Of a DNA stretch of 64,000 nt, positions 1 to 12,120 are shown piece by piece; the stretch's first letter is position 1; each line of letters begins with the position of its first letter. The translations under genes were made by a program, and so were the position numbers. The DNA is from Orbicella franksi. Its lineage: Eukaryota. The DNA lies in the NCBI GenBank assembly GCA_964199315.1, contig OZ116703.1:16368001-16432000 (forward strand). Reading direction: 5' to 3'. A model generated the notes under the pieces. That model ran no database searches. It saw only the letters and a list, made by a program, of their open reading frames with translations, and had not been told where the DNA came from.

Positions 1-583
1 CACAATTTGTGTTCTTGGTATCACATTCAAATCAGTCTGAAGAGACAGACCTCTCTTTGCGAACCAAGTTTTTTGTTGTTGGTTAAAATCTCTTCTCTAC
101 AAAAAGGAGCTACATAAAGTTACTCAACAAATGGAGAATTTTAACAATCAACGCCTTCCAAACTAAAATGTGGTGTTCCAATTTGATAAAATTCAGAGTA
201 AATACTAAGAACCACCTCAAAAATGGCTACTTTTTCGGTGTAAAATAGAAACCTGTCTCGGAGAAAAGTTATTTTTACGTTGCAGGCTTGGAAGTCCCGT
301 TGGAAATGAGTGCAAAATTGGCCTAAAGTGAAACTCGGAGCTTAGACGGAAATCTATGATTGCCATTTAATTCCAAAGACGATTTTTGCAATATACTAAG
401 AATCTTAAACTGGTGTTAAAACTCAGAGGAAAAGTTTCCCTGTTTGCAAGGAATTAAAAAATTCTTCCAAGCAATTTCCTGTTCTTTATTTGAACTGAAA
501 TGTAATGTTTAAGTCACGCATAAGACACCAAATGATTTTTTTGAATTTCTTGTCTCGAGAGGTACCTCCATAGAAAACGATTC

Positions 584-903
584 AAAATTTCTGATCCCCA
601 AACAACACAAGAGAGGATTCAAAATTTCAAATCCCCCAAAGAACACTAGAAAGGGTTCAGAATTTCTGATCTCCCAAAGAACATTAGAAAAGGTTCAGAA
701 TTTCTGATCCCCCGAGGAACACTAAAAAGGGTTCAGAATTTCTGATCCCTCAAAGAACACTAGAAAGGGTTCAGAATTTCTGATCCCCCAAAGAACACTA
801 GAAAGGGTTCAGAATTTCTGATCTCCCTAAAGAACTCTAGAAAGGGTTCAGAATTTCTGATCCCCCAAAGAACACAGGAGAAGATTCAGAATTTCTGATC
901 CCC
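584..903. repeat. Left subterminal tandem array (~38-bp unit, ~9 copies)
   Basis: Repeating GGTTCAGAATTTCTGATCCCCCAAAGAACACTAGAAAG; TTCAG recurs at 732, 770, 809, 847, 885. Confidence 0.9.
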
Positions 904-2963
904 TGCAAAGCCAGTGTTGCATCCAATGTAGCCACATTAAATCATAACATTGAAGACAGGGTTTAGATCTTGCTGCCTGCCTGAACAATGTCTAATCAAA
1001 ATATTTTTCTTGATAACAATATTCAATTAGAAATTTTATACAAATATAGCATAATTCTTAACAGATTCCATACACTCAGATTATACTGAGAGAGTGATGA
1101 AGAACAAGTTTCTTCACAGCAGTCTATTAATATAAGTAACTGTAACCATCACACATTGTATTACAATGATCTATGCACTTCAAAATTACAGTAGCTGTAA
1201 ATCTAAAAAAACAATATCAAACAGTACCTAAGAGGATAGGAAAGTTCAGAATTGACCAAAAAAGTGAGATTACTAAAACTGCACAACTATAGGCATAAAT
1301 GCAGACTCCACTTTCTCTGTCAGAATTAGCTCACCTTGTGTGAAGGAAAAATTTCTAACAATTTCTGTTTAACATGGAAACAAGGCACCTCACTGTTATC
1401 AAACAAAAAGAGCGTTCAGGAACACTACAGTACATTACAGGGATGACAATTAAAGACTGCAATTTACATGTACATTTAAATTTGCAGTTGATACATTTAA
1501 GTGGGTCAATGTACTCTACATACATGTATACAGTGTCCTCCAAAAACCTGTTGTCATATAGCAGCGGCCATGGCCTTTAGCATTGCCCAACATGTTTTTA
1601 CATCTTCAATCTAACTTTTTGAGTGGGCTACCAGTTCATTCACACTTCAGTTACGCAACCAGTTTAACCATGCTCAAAGGAGAAGGGTGTGGGTAAAATT
1701 GTTTTTATAAAGACCTGACAGATATGGATGCAAGTATTGTAGCTAATGCTACAAGCAATTCTATTCTTTCTTTTTTGATTTAGCATACTTATCTTGGAGA
1801 TGTTTCCTGGTAGCTGGCAATAGTTTGCTGTCCTCAGTTAAAGAAGCCCTCCCAAAAACGATCATATCTTATTACTAGTTTATTACTAACTTCATGCTAC
1901 TTGCAACTATCTCATTCCTGGTTGATGGATGAAAATCTCTATCTTTTTTCTATCTAAGAGGTTTTGTAGATAGAGGATAGCTATCTTTGGCATGGCTTAA
2001 AGTTAACTAATATCTATCCATCAGATAGTTAGGAAATAGATAGACTAGCTAAAAACTAGCTTCCTGTATAGATATTCAACAGATACTTAGATGGCCTAGC
2101 TATCCACTAACTTGTCTATCCAAAAACCACCACTACTGTAGTAGGCCAAAACCTAGGCTATCTGAAGACTAGTCCTTATATTGAACAATAAAACACTATC
2201 CTATCTGAAACCTACCTCTGCTGTAGTTAGTAACAAGATAGCCTATCTGAAAACTACCCATCACTCATATCGCACTGCGATAACCTACCCAAAAGCCAGA
2301 GATAGTAAAAAGATAGCAGCCAATCTAAAAGTTATCATCACTCATGTACACGTAGCACTTTAATGTTAACCTGGCCAAAAGCTTTCTTAGTCACAGGTGG
2401 TGAAAATATAGCTAACTATTGAAAACTCTTCATTACTCATTTTATATTGAACTTTGATACCTGCTCTTCAAATCCTAAACCTAAGTGAAATCTCTGTATT
2501 TACATAGGAAAATGTATAAATAACTCATAGTTTTATTTAAACCTGCTACAGTTGTACATTAAAATTTAATACCAAAAACCAGGCACATCCAGATGCAAAA
2601 GGAGGACAAAATCTGGCTGGAAATGAGTTTCCATTATGTTGCGATTTATCACAAAACTTACTTAAATTTAACATATATCTTTCAAAAATCCTGTTTGAAA
2701 CACTTCTCAGCTATTTAAATTGGAGTCTAGTAAATGTTTACATTCTTCAGTAAATTTTCATGAAATGTAAACAGATTTCGTGACCAGAAAAGCACAAAAT
2801 ATTCTTGAAATGAATTTCAAATTTCAATTACATTAATTTCTTCATGAAAGTATTTTATTCAATTGATTTTATCCATGAATCATGTGTTTTTCAAATTATG
2901 GTAAGCCTTATGTACAAATTTCTGGAAGTGGTTAAAAGTAATTTTCCGTAACCTAGCTGTGAA

Positions 2964-4079
2964 TTATATCTGCTGTTCTAAATAACCTCTATTTGCATAA
3001 CGAAATGCCAAATTATAAAAAAACCTTTGAAATACTGCCCAAATAAAGAGAACTTCAACCACCCTAATGAAAATTACATCAGTCTTTTGCAACTCAAGTA
3101 ATAAGTAGCAAACAAAAGGTCTTGATAATGTAACATGCACATCTAACATAACTTCACGAGCACCACCATCAACCTGAAAATCAAAAAGGTGAAGGATGTT
3201 GCTTTTTGATATCTTGTGTTTTAGGTGTTGTATAATATACATACATGTATGCCCACTTGATCCTAGACAAGATATACACTAGCTATATGAAGTATATGTA
3301 AACTACATGAGAGAGCTCACATTTATTGCACTTACTGTACTTTTATAATGAATGATTTTCCCAACGCGAAATTGTTCGTATATTGTTGTGTTGAATACAG
3401 TTGCTTTCATAACTCCTTTAGGAAATGAACATTTGCATTCACGAAATCAACAAGACTTAACAGTGTGTTAAAGCATCTGCATCTTCTGTAATCTTCCACG
3501 ATCAATTTAACCGGCCAGAGCGTTTCCAGTATTTCAAGAACCTTCACAAATTATGCAAGAAAATCAGTTTACCTTGGAAAGCTGCAGGGACCATAAGCTT
3601 TCTGTAAACCTGACGAGTGTAAGAGAAACCGCCAGCTGCTGGCAAATAGTTTGATTGCCACACTGTTTTGCCGACGAAACTTCATACTTTTCCACCTTTA
3701 CTGGGATTTGACTCAACTGGAATAACAACGGACATCTGTAAACAATTTGTGACTGCTTTCCAACGTAGAGCAAGGCTATAAAATAACAGAGAGCTTTGTT
3801 ATCGAATCCTAACAACATTGACCACGATCTTTGCCCGCCATTTTGGTGTTTCCGTTCGATCCCATAATCCTTCGGTGAATCTGATAAATGAATACTTTTG
3901 ACCAGCAGATTCCCTTTCCAAAGGAGTCGGTTATTTGCGCGCAATTTCGAATCCAACATTGTCAATAGCAGCAAGAAACATGGAATGATTTGTCCAAGTT
4001 CAAATGAGTATCTTGATTGCTTCGGTGAAAGAAAGGCAAGTCGCAGAAAAGTAAGTATATCATAATTGTTGCTCAACAT
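2964..4079 (-). other. Possible two-exon ORF of unknown function inside the 5.4 kb transposon
   Basis: ORF 4079-3564 has a phase-0 donor (AAG|GTAAAC at 3573/3572) compatible with a phase-0 acceptor (TTTTCAG|GTTGAT near 3174) in frame with ORF 3242-2964. No recognisable domain. Confidence 0.25.
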
Positions 4080-4913
4080 TAAAGTTAGCTGCTCAATCTT
4101 TGAATCGAAATCAATGTTGTGGCTGAAGAAATTTCGTTGTTATATTTATTTCGCGATCACTGAAACACAAGAAAAACGTTTGTTCTCCTGATTTTATTAG
4201 CACCCGTAACGAGGAAATTATTCACACGCATTTCCTATGTATGAAATGCTTGCATAATAGCTTGTTAGTGTGCTTTTTGAACAGGTAACTTAAAGTTTAC
4301 ACTGAATTGATTTGAAGCTACAGATCACGCTCGATACACTTCACTACCGCATTGCCTACATACTGCTCTTTATTCTTTACAAAAGAATACACTCCCGATC
4401 AATTGATTAATGAAAAACAATGTTAATTCTATCGCTATTTATAAAAATATTTAGCTTCAATTGCTTCATTGCAGAGCAGAGGAAAAAAAAAGGCAAGAAT
4501 AGCGGCCGTCAATCCGAAACGAACACATTAAAGCAGAAAACGGAGGTGGCCCAGACGGCAGCTGAGTCCTGATTAAAATTCTTGTTATCTTTGATGTGAA
4601 CTTTAAATAACAGCTTGTAATTCTGGAGCCCAAATTCATATCTTTTTGAATTGAAAATAAAACCTTTCACTGTCCGGCATGAAACTGCAATGTTTGTCTC
4701 GATCCTTTGGCGTGGTTTTAAATCGTTATAAATAATGACCTATCTGTGAATATTTCATTTGTGTACTTTTCTGATGCCCTTTGCTCTGTGATCCATTTTG
4801 TCTGTAATGTGTTTAAAGTTACTATCCAATCGTTACTTTTTAGCTATCAGACATCTAGTTAATTTCTTGTGAATTATAAATAGACGGCTATTTCTGTCCT
4901 GTCACCTGATAAG

Positions 4914-5362
4914 GGGGATCAGAAATTCTGAATCCTTTTAAGAATTATAGGTAGATGACCGTTTTGTTCTGATAAGTTATGCACTGGGGGATCAGAATTT
5001 TTGAATCCCTCTAAGTCATGTGGGATCAGAGATTCTGAATTGTTGTAGAATTATAAATCGACAGCTCTTTCTATCATGCTAGCAGATTTGGTGGGGGAGG
5101 GGATCAGAAATTCGCAATACTTTTAGAACCATGAACAGATAGCCGTTTTTGTCCCGTGAAGTGATGGGGATCAGAAATTCTGAATGCATTTAGAATTATA
5201 AGTAGATGACTGTTTTGCTCTGACGGGTTGTGGACTGAGAATCAGTTTTTTGAATCTATTAAAGTCTTGGGGGATCAGAAATTCTGAATCCTTTTAGAAT
5301 CATAGATAGATGACCGTTTTATTCTGATAAGTTGTGGGCCGGGAGATCAGAAAATCTGAATC
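4914..5362. repeat. Right subterminal array (~8 dispersed inverted copies of the same core)
   Basis: GGGATCAGAAATTCTGAATCC-like copies near 4914, 4987, 5022, 5101, 5167, 5238, 5270, 5342; reverse complement of the left array core. Confidence 0.85.
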
Positions 5363-7603
5363 TGTCAAAAAAGGAAAGCGCGATGGGTGCACGATCTTTT
5401 TTACATTAAATTGTACATTTTGGTGAAATTGGATGTATTGTCCCTGGCGGACTCAACTGAACACTTCTTTTTCTCCTTCCAATAAGCCAAAACCTTTCGG
5501 AAACACAAACTTTTTCGGCATCAAATACCAGTACCCTTCGGAATTGTTCCAAATTGGAATGCCACATTTTAGTTTGGAAGGCGTTAATCACTAATTTTAA
5601 GCGTGACCAAAAATAGTTATCGGTGCGTATAAAACAAGGGTTTGCATTTCCTCGAATAACACCCACGAATAACTTTTTTAAAGCATTAGAATAGGACGAT
5701 TATTCGGGGGGAAGGGAATTACTTCAAATATAGTTCACTGGAAGAAATACAAAGTACATTTGAGATATGACGAGTTCCTGCAACTGAGGAATAGCTTGCA
5801 CGAAAGAAAGCAGGAGAGGGCTGGTTTATTCAAAGACAGTAAACACAGCAGTGGTAACTTTGATGATTTGATTTGATAAATCAAACACACACAACACAAA
5901 AGATAGTAAATTAAGGCGATGTCGCGCAAGATAGGGAGGGGGGAGGGCTTATTGGAGGGACCAAGCACTAAGAGGGCAAGTAATACTGGGAAATACGGTA
6001 TTTTTCTAAATCCAGCCCTACCTTGACAGAGGAGTAAGTGAAATCTGCAGTATCACATTGCTTGTTAAATTCCTGGAATAATTCACCACTTGAGTAGTCG
6101 TCAATTTCATCAGGCAACCAGCGAGAGAGAAGAACACAACCTTTACTCTGCTCTTTCTGAGCACTAGAGTTGATTTCTCGCGGGAGATCCCGATCGAACA
6201 CATTGCAGTTCCCGCAAGGACAGCACGTTGTGCGTTGTTCTTCCACTGATGGAGAAGAAAAAAGGGAAGAGAATTGCTGGCTTAATATTTACAGCAGTAG
6301 TTTCTGGACGCTAAATATTTACAATTCAAGGGAAATCAGAATGAGAAATATTAGTTGTCCCAAGCCCTCAACCCAAGCCCCTAGACTTGGGTCCAAATAG
6401 TGAAAAGTGATCAGAATGTAACTTCTCTCATCAATATTGATACAAACTCAAGCATTAAGCTCTAGAGAATAAAGAATCTCATCATCAAGGCGGATTTTCT
6501 TGATCATGGTCAGTTCTCCCAACTAGTATTAAAGGAAATGTAAGAGGATCAGTTTGAAGAATTTGTATGTTGACATCAAGGCTTTAAGTCCTGTCTTCCC
6601 ATTCAACAAATGCTCTTTCAAAAACACTGAAAAAAAATCGTCTCTCTTTTTCCCTTGAATACCACGGAAAAGTGAACTAGCAGTTCCGGTCCTCTCAGGC
6701 TCTGTCTGAGTCACTCAACATAAGCGTTGCGTGACAAAAACGGATTGTGTTACAAGGAGTTCCTCGCGCGATCGCGCGTATAAAGTCAAGTCTTATTTCT
6801 GTAAAGTAGGAAAGACAGACGCAGGAAATAAACCTTGATGAATTTTCGACAGCTCGAGTCTTTTATCCGGAACTTTTTAGCTAACCAAAACCATGGTATA
6901 ATGCAAAAGTTTTAAAAATGGTCAAAAATTGCAGCCTCCAACGCTGCAGTGTGGCTAAAAATATGGAGATAAACGAAAATGGAGAAAAGAATGCATGGCG
7001 TAAGAAATGAGGCTGTGATGAAAAAACCGGCACGACAACTTCAGCTATTATCCACGTGTGCTTGATAAACTCGAAGTGGGAGCGATGCATACCTTTTTGG
7101 CAGCCCAGCTCGCGTTATTGTGGGCGGCTGCCGTTTCGTTTGATGCCTACTGCTGTGAGATTTGCTTCATAGGGCACTAGGTTATAAACAATTTCATTTT
7201 CTATGCAAATATCCCATCGTGTTCCAGAAAGAACTTTTCAATTTCGCACCGTAACAGACAAGGATGAGGGCAAAACAAACAAATTTCCGACTGAACAACC
7301 AGCGTGTATCTAACAATAGCATCATCCAATAAAAACAATATTTGCAGACTGGATAGCAACTAAACGTTTTTATCTCTAAAGCGTTCTAAAAACATCACTT
7401 CACATAAAAGCAATTAACCCAAATTGACTAAACCAGTAAATATTAAGAAAAAATTCAAAATTAAGTCTGCAATACTATGGATAGCAACCAATTAAAACTA
7501 AAGAATGTGCAATGTTCTGACATGAAGCTTAGTGACCTCCCACGAGGGAAGTACTCGACCAACGACGAACCAGCGACGCGTAGAATAATCTTTGTCAAGA
7601 AAG

Positions 7604-9382
7604 ATGACCGAAAGTACACAAGTAGAGCCCGTTTATCCAGCAAACAGCCCCTATTGCTGGGATATGATGCAAACACTTGACAAAATCCGCAGAGAAAATT
7701 TATTGTCAGACGTTACACTAAATGTGGAAGGGCAAACCTTCGCCGCACATCGATGTGTTTTGGCCGCCAGCAGCAACTTCTTTTACAGTTTATTCACCAG
7801 CGACATGAAAGAGAAGTCGGCTTCGATCGTAAGCCTCGAAGGAATTCTAGTTATGGTCATGGATCAACCTCTATCTTACCTTTACACGGGCGAGATTAAA
7901 GTAAGCGAAGCGAACGCCGAAGATCTCATTGCATCCGCGAACTACTTGCTTCTACCCCGACTCAAAAACATTGCTTGCAAATTTATCGAACGACAGATGT
8001 CTGCCTCAAACTGCATCTTGAATTATCTGTTTGCCGAGAAATACGAATGCAAGGAATTGCAAAACTACGCTGGTGAATTAATCAAGCAGAACTTCGCGAC
8101 AGTTGGCAAATCGAAGGAATTTTCGCAACTTTCCTGCGATCACATAAAGGATTTAATTTCTAGCGACGACATCGTGATCCGAGCCGAGGAAGACATCTTT
8201 GAAATAATCGTGGAATGGATCGGGCAAAATCAAGAGGAGAGGGAACGATATTTCGCAGACTTGTTTGGTCACGTTCGACTGAGCACGATATCACAGCATT
8301 ATTTATACAGAAAACTGATGAGCCACGAGCTGGTGCAGGGAGATGGTGAATGTAGACAAATATTGATGGACGAGATGCGCTGGCGAGCCTTGTACGCAGG
8401 GCAGGAAATCTCTCCACAAAGACCAAGAACCTGTCTACAGGCACATGAAGATGCTATCATCACATGTGGTGGGCTGTCTCCAGATGGACTTGTCCGTAAC
8501 CTCACCCTCTGTTATGTACCAGCTGCAAAAACCTGGTACCAGTTAGCCCCTATGCTTACCAGGCGGTGTCGACATGGTTTTGCAGCCTGCCAAGGCTTTG
8601 TTTACGCCGTTGGTGGTAAAGGAGAAGACTCCTTCCATTCTAGTGTGGAGCGATATGACCCACGTACCAATACCTGGAACTATGTAGCACCACTGCCCAA
8701 AAAAGTCAAGTTAGTGGGTACAGCTACCTTACAAGGGTCTCTCTACATTGCAGGTGGTATTGAATTTACCACTGAGCAGGGACGAAGACGCTGTGACACT
8801 GTACAGAGGTACAACCCTTCAACAAATTCTTGGAGTTTGGTTGCGCCACTCAGCAGTCGCAGGTCCTCAGTTTGCCTTGTGACAGACGCACACTATTTAT
8901 ATTCCATTGGTGGTCTTGGTGATGATGATTTCCTATCTGCTGTTGAGCGCTATGACCCTAAGTTAAACATCTGGACACAAATGGCCCCCATGAGTGAAAA
9001 GCGTGGTTGTGCTTGTGGAGTGTCCCTTGAAAAGAAGATCTATGTCTTTGGTGGTACTGTTGATGCATTTTCCAGACATGCCAGTGTAAGTTGCGAGGTT
9101 TATGACATAACTCTGAATGAATGGCATTCTATTGCTTCCATGAATGTTCCAAGATTTCATGCTAGTGCAGTGCTCCTGCGAGATCAGATTTATGTGTTTG
9201 GCGGAATTGGAAGTGAGAGTGTCGACCGTCATAATTCTCGCATGGTGGAGTGTTATAATGTGCAGAGGAATCAGTGGGTTGCGGCACATTCAATGCCATA
9301 CGAGGAGACATGCTTCAGAGGGTGCCCAATCAGCATTTTTAAAGACTTACTACACTCTTTAAACAAAGTTACAATTCCTTAG
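7604..9382 (+). CDS. Intronless BTB-BACK-Kelch (KLHL family) protein, 592 aa; probable Cullin-3 substrate adaptor; nested antisense in the TEDC2-like intron
   Basis: First ATG at 7604 (the ORF track starts at an upstream TTG). BTB (LSDVTLNVEGQTFAAHRCVLAASSNFF), BACK (NCILNYLFAEKYECKEL) and six GG-containing Kelch repeats (IITCGG, VYAVGG, LYIAGG, LYSIGG, IYVFGG x2). No stops. Confidence 0.92.
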   Translation: MTESTQVEPVYPANSPYCWDMMQTLDKIRRENLLSDVTLNVEGQTFAAHRCVLAASSNFFYSLFTSDMKEKSASIVSLEGILVMVMDQPLSYLYTGEIKVSEANAEDLIASANYLLLPRLKNIACKFIERQMSASNCILNYLFAEKYECKELQNYAGELIKQNFATVGKSKEFSQLSCDHIKDLISSDDIVIRAEEDIFEIIVEWIGQNQEERERYFADLFGHVRLSTISQHYLYRKLMSHELVQGDGECRQILMDEMRWRALYAGQEISPQRPRTCLQAHEDAIITCGGLSPDGLVRNLTLCYVPAAKTWYQLAPMLTRRCRHGFAACQGFVYAVGGKGEDSFHSSVERYDPRTNTWNYVAPLPKKVKLVGTATLQGSLYIAGGIEFTTEQGRRRCDTVQRYNPSTNSWSLVAPLSSRRSSVCLVTDAHYLYSIGGLGDDDFLSAVERYDPKLNIWTQMAPMSEKRGCACGVSLEKKIYVFGGTVDAFSRHASVSCEVYDITLNEWHSIASMNVPRFHASAVLLRDQIYVFGGIGSESVDRHNSRMVECYNVQRNQWVAAHSMPYEETCFRGCPISIFKDLLHSLNKVTIP

Positions 9383-10704
9383 CAGAGACAGTTTTGCAAA
9401 GCCATCATTATAAATATCTACCGGTAAGTACATTATAGTAAGGTTGAATAAGTTATTATTTCTTATGTTTGTCTCTTAGGTAAATTAAATATCTAAGGTG
9501 TAACTGTTATGAAAAAATGCTAATTCAGATTTTGATTTTCTTTGCTTTGGATCAAGAAGATGCGATTGTCAAAATCAATTACTTAGCGTATTTTAATAAA
9601 TGTGAGTTTATTTATTTTATCATGATATCTAGCAACAGACATTATGGATATAGTATCTAAACAAGTCTTGATTATGAAACTACAGCATGCCACTTGGCAG
9701 TAGAGATCATGCCGTTAAGGGTCACCAATAAAATCATGTTTTGAAGGGGTACCAGGTCTGAAAACAAGTACGGGTGGTAGTGTTGCTGCCCCCTGTTCTC
9801 CCCCCCCCCCCCCCGCCATTCCCCCCGTCCTCTCCCTTGCTGTCCCTCGGGGCATCAAACACAATAAGTCAGAAGTGTTACAAATTGAGTTGTATTTTAT
9901 ACAGACATTTCAGTTCTCCCTGGTGGGGAGAGTTTGGCCAGGAGAAATGCTGACTTAAACCACTTTCACTACTACCTGTAACATTGTAATACAAGACTAT
10001 GCATAACATGTTTAAATGAATATTGTAAAAACTTAATCCTACAAAGAGTATTATGACATTTCCTTTCCTTATTTTCTAGTTATCAACTGTTTGCAATAGC
10101 GGCTGTCAAAAGTTCAAAGTTCTATTTTGAATTCCTTGATCAGCCTGGAACAGTCAACTGTGTCTGTAGAGAGAAAACAAAGAAAAGCATTTAATTGTTA
10201 TATTACCGGATCAAGATAGGTTGGGTGAAAATTAAAACTGTCCTAAATCTCGCATTGAATACAAACTGGTAGATAAATACATTTATTTAAAGATAGCGAA
10301 TGCACTCAAGGTTAAAATTGTTTGTGTTTATGTACTGAACTTAGATGATGTACTTATAAATGGCAAGTACTACTAAAATACAAATAATGTTTATTAAATA
10401 CAAGGACAAGAAATAAATTGTCAGTGATTAGCGGTTAGAGTTTCAGCTGTAAACCGTTAGTACAAGGAGACTGTCATTCTGATGCTCTGGTTTTAGTACA
10501 TGTTCATTAAACTTCATCTGGTCACATTAAAACAATTTACTAACGTTTTAGTCATGCGCTTTGCGGCGTAGTTGATGCGTGGAACGTGTCCGTACTATAA
10601 ACAAAAGCAGACTGTCGCGCCAGCTACCATACAAAACGGTTAGCAATAAATTTTTTTCGCCAACAGAAATCACGTTTATGTTAATACATGCGCGAGTAAA
10701 GTGT

Positions 10705-10755
10705 TAGCCTGCGAACGAAGACGACAGCCGGAAATATGTCTGCGTTCGTAGGCTA
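10705..10755. mobile_element. 51-bp palindromic TAGCC...GGCTA MITE remnant with a decayed 9-bp TSD
   Basis: TAGCCTGCGAACGAAGACG...TGTCTGCGTTCGTAGGCTA; flanks GTAAAGTGT / GTAAAATGC (7/9 match). Same termini as 42796-42958. Confidence 0.55.
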
Positions 10756-11575
10756 GTAAAATGCGCAACGAAAAAACACCACGACATGTGACCCTGGCAG
10801 GCGCTAAAAACAAAATTTGCCTCTTTGGCGTAAACTGATACCCTTCGAAGCTGGAGAGTGGTTTTTGTTTTGGCTGCGAGGCCGAGTGTGAAGCGAGTTG
10901 GCAAAGCCAGGAGGATTGGTTGAGGAGTCGAGTTGAATTCGAATTCCCTCGCGGTGACGTCAGAATGCCTCGCGGTAACGTGAGAATGGTGGTTCGACCC
11001 CCAAAAATCACTCGCACACGGATTCCGCCAGCTACACAAGCTTAAAAAGAATAATGTTCTACAGTCAATTTCGGCGTCATTAATTGTTTCATTTTGACCA
11101 AAACTGCAACAAAGTGGTCCAAAAATTATCAGGATGCAATGAAGCGTCCAAAATTTTATTGCACAGTCAGGCTTCAACCAAACCAGACTTAAGCGTGTTC
11201 CACGGTTGATTTCCTTATTGGCGGGACTGGTCCCGCAACGTGGATTGAGGGATCCCGAAACAACATTTTTTAAGAAAGTGTACGTGCCGCGCGACAAATT
11301 GAAACGAATGGGAAAGCAAAGCTAGTTCTTGTTTAAAAAGGGATAAAAATAACGGAGAAAGTAAAATCTTACGGTGCCGAGAGGATTCAAGTCAAATTTG
11401 AGAAGACACGCAGCGAAGAGCAACAGTGGGGGCAGCAATGAAGAACCGGAGACTACCCGGACAAAGACGCCGGAGTGACAGGTTCGACAAATCGAGCCTA
11501 TTCAAAACTTTTACAATCAATAATTCACATTTCGATTTTTTTCAAATGAATTTCGAACTCACCCACTTGGTGGAG

Positions 11576-11749
11576 TTATCTATACCGCTCATCGTGTTCT
11601 GTAGGCCGCTTGTTAGATATGTCCCCCGCTCCAGTCTTTTCCAGCGCTGTTACTATCTTCTCCCACAACTTCAACAAAACCACCGTAATTATTCCACCGA
11701 TCACTGCACCAAATATTGGACTTTGCCAAAATTCGTCAGAAGGAAACAT
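11576..11749 (-). CDS. Single-TM microprotein, copy 1 (57 aa)
   Basis: MFPSDEFWQSPIFGAVIGGIITVVLLKLWEKIVTALEKTGAGDISNKRPTEHDERYR*; homologous to five other copies; donor GG|GTGAGT shortly after the stop. Below the ORF-track length cut-off. Confidence 0.65.
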   Translation of the reverse strand: MFPSDEFWQSPIFGAVIGGIITVVLLKLWEKIVTALEKTGAGDISNKRPTEHDERYR

Positions 11750-12120
11750 TCTGCTCGTTTGTCCAGATCACGCACAAATCGCAATACACACTGTTCTTCT
11801 CTATCTTGGCGTAGTTCGAGATCAATGTTTTCAACAGACAGATTGACAGAGACAAAATTAGCCAAAAGTATCAGCCAATCAGACAAGAGTCCCCTTTGTT
11901 AAAGGACCACACTCAACCAAAATGCATTGCGGGCGAGCACTGTACCGGCGCCATTTTCTGTAATACAGATAAGACGTATTTCCCGATTGTGTTCGATCAT
12001 CGGACTGTATCATTGCAATCCGCAGAGACAAGCTGCTGTAGATGCCTCCTTGATGTTCTTTTAGAATTTATAGTTTGTATTCTGCGTATATTTGGTAGTT
12101 TTCCTTCGCCATTTACGAAC

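Larger units (their letters stand above)
150..5585. mobile_element. 5.4 kb non-autonomous DNA transposon with 36-bp TIRs, 4-bp TSD (AATC) and subterminal repeats; superfamily unassigned
   Basis: TIR AACGCCTTCCAAACTAAAATGTGG(TG/CA)TTCCAATTTG at 150-185 and inverted at 5550-5585; AATC at 146-149 and 5586-5589; unit B shows the empty site TTAAC-AATC-ACTAATT at ~30899-30914. No transposase motif recognised. Confidence 0.9.

Noticed and set aside
584-903. CRISPR-like regular repeats
   Set aside because: Eukaryotic context and no unique spacers; these are transposon subterminal repeats.
1790-2335. Degenerate CTATCTGAAAACTA / GATAG-rich tract, possibly fold-back
   Set aside because: Could not define termini, period or TSD; left as low-complexity interior of the 5.4 kb element.
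8160-9362. ORFs 8160-8444, 8299-8505, 8963-9289, 9144-9362 and their unit-B equivalents
   Set aside because: Antisense or alternative-frame shadows of the kelch CDS; conserved only because the kelch gene is duplicated.
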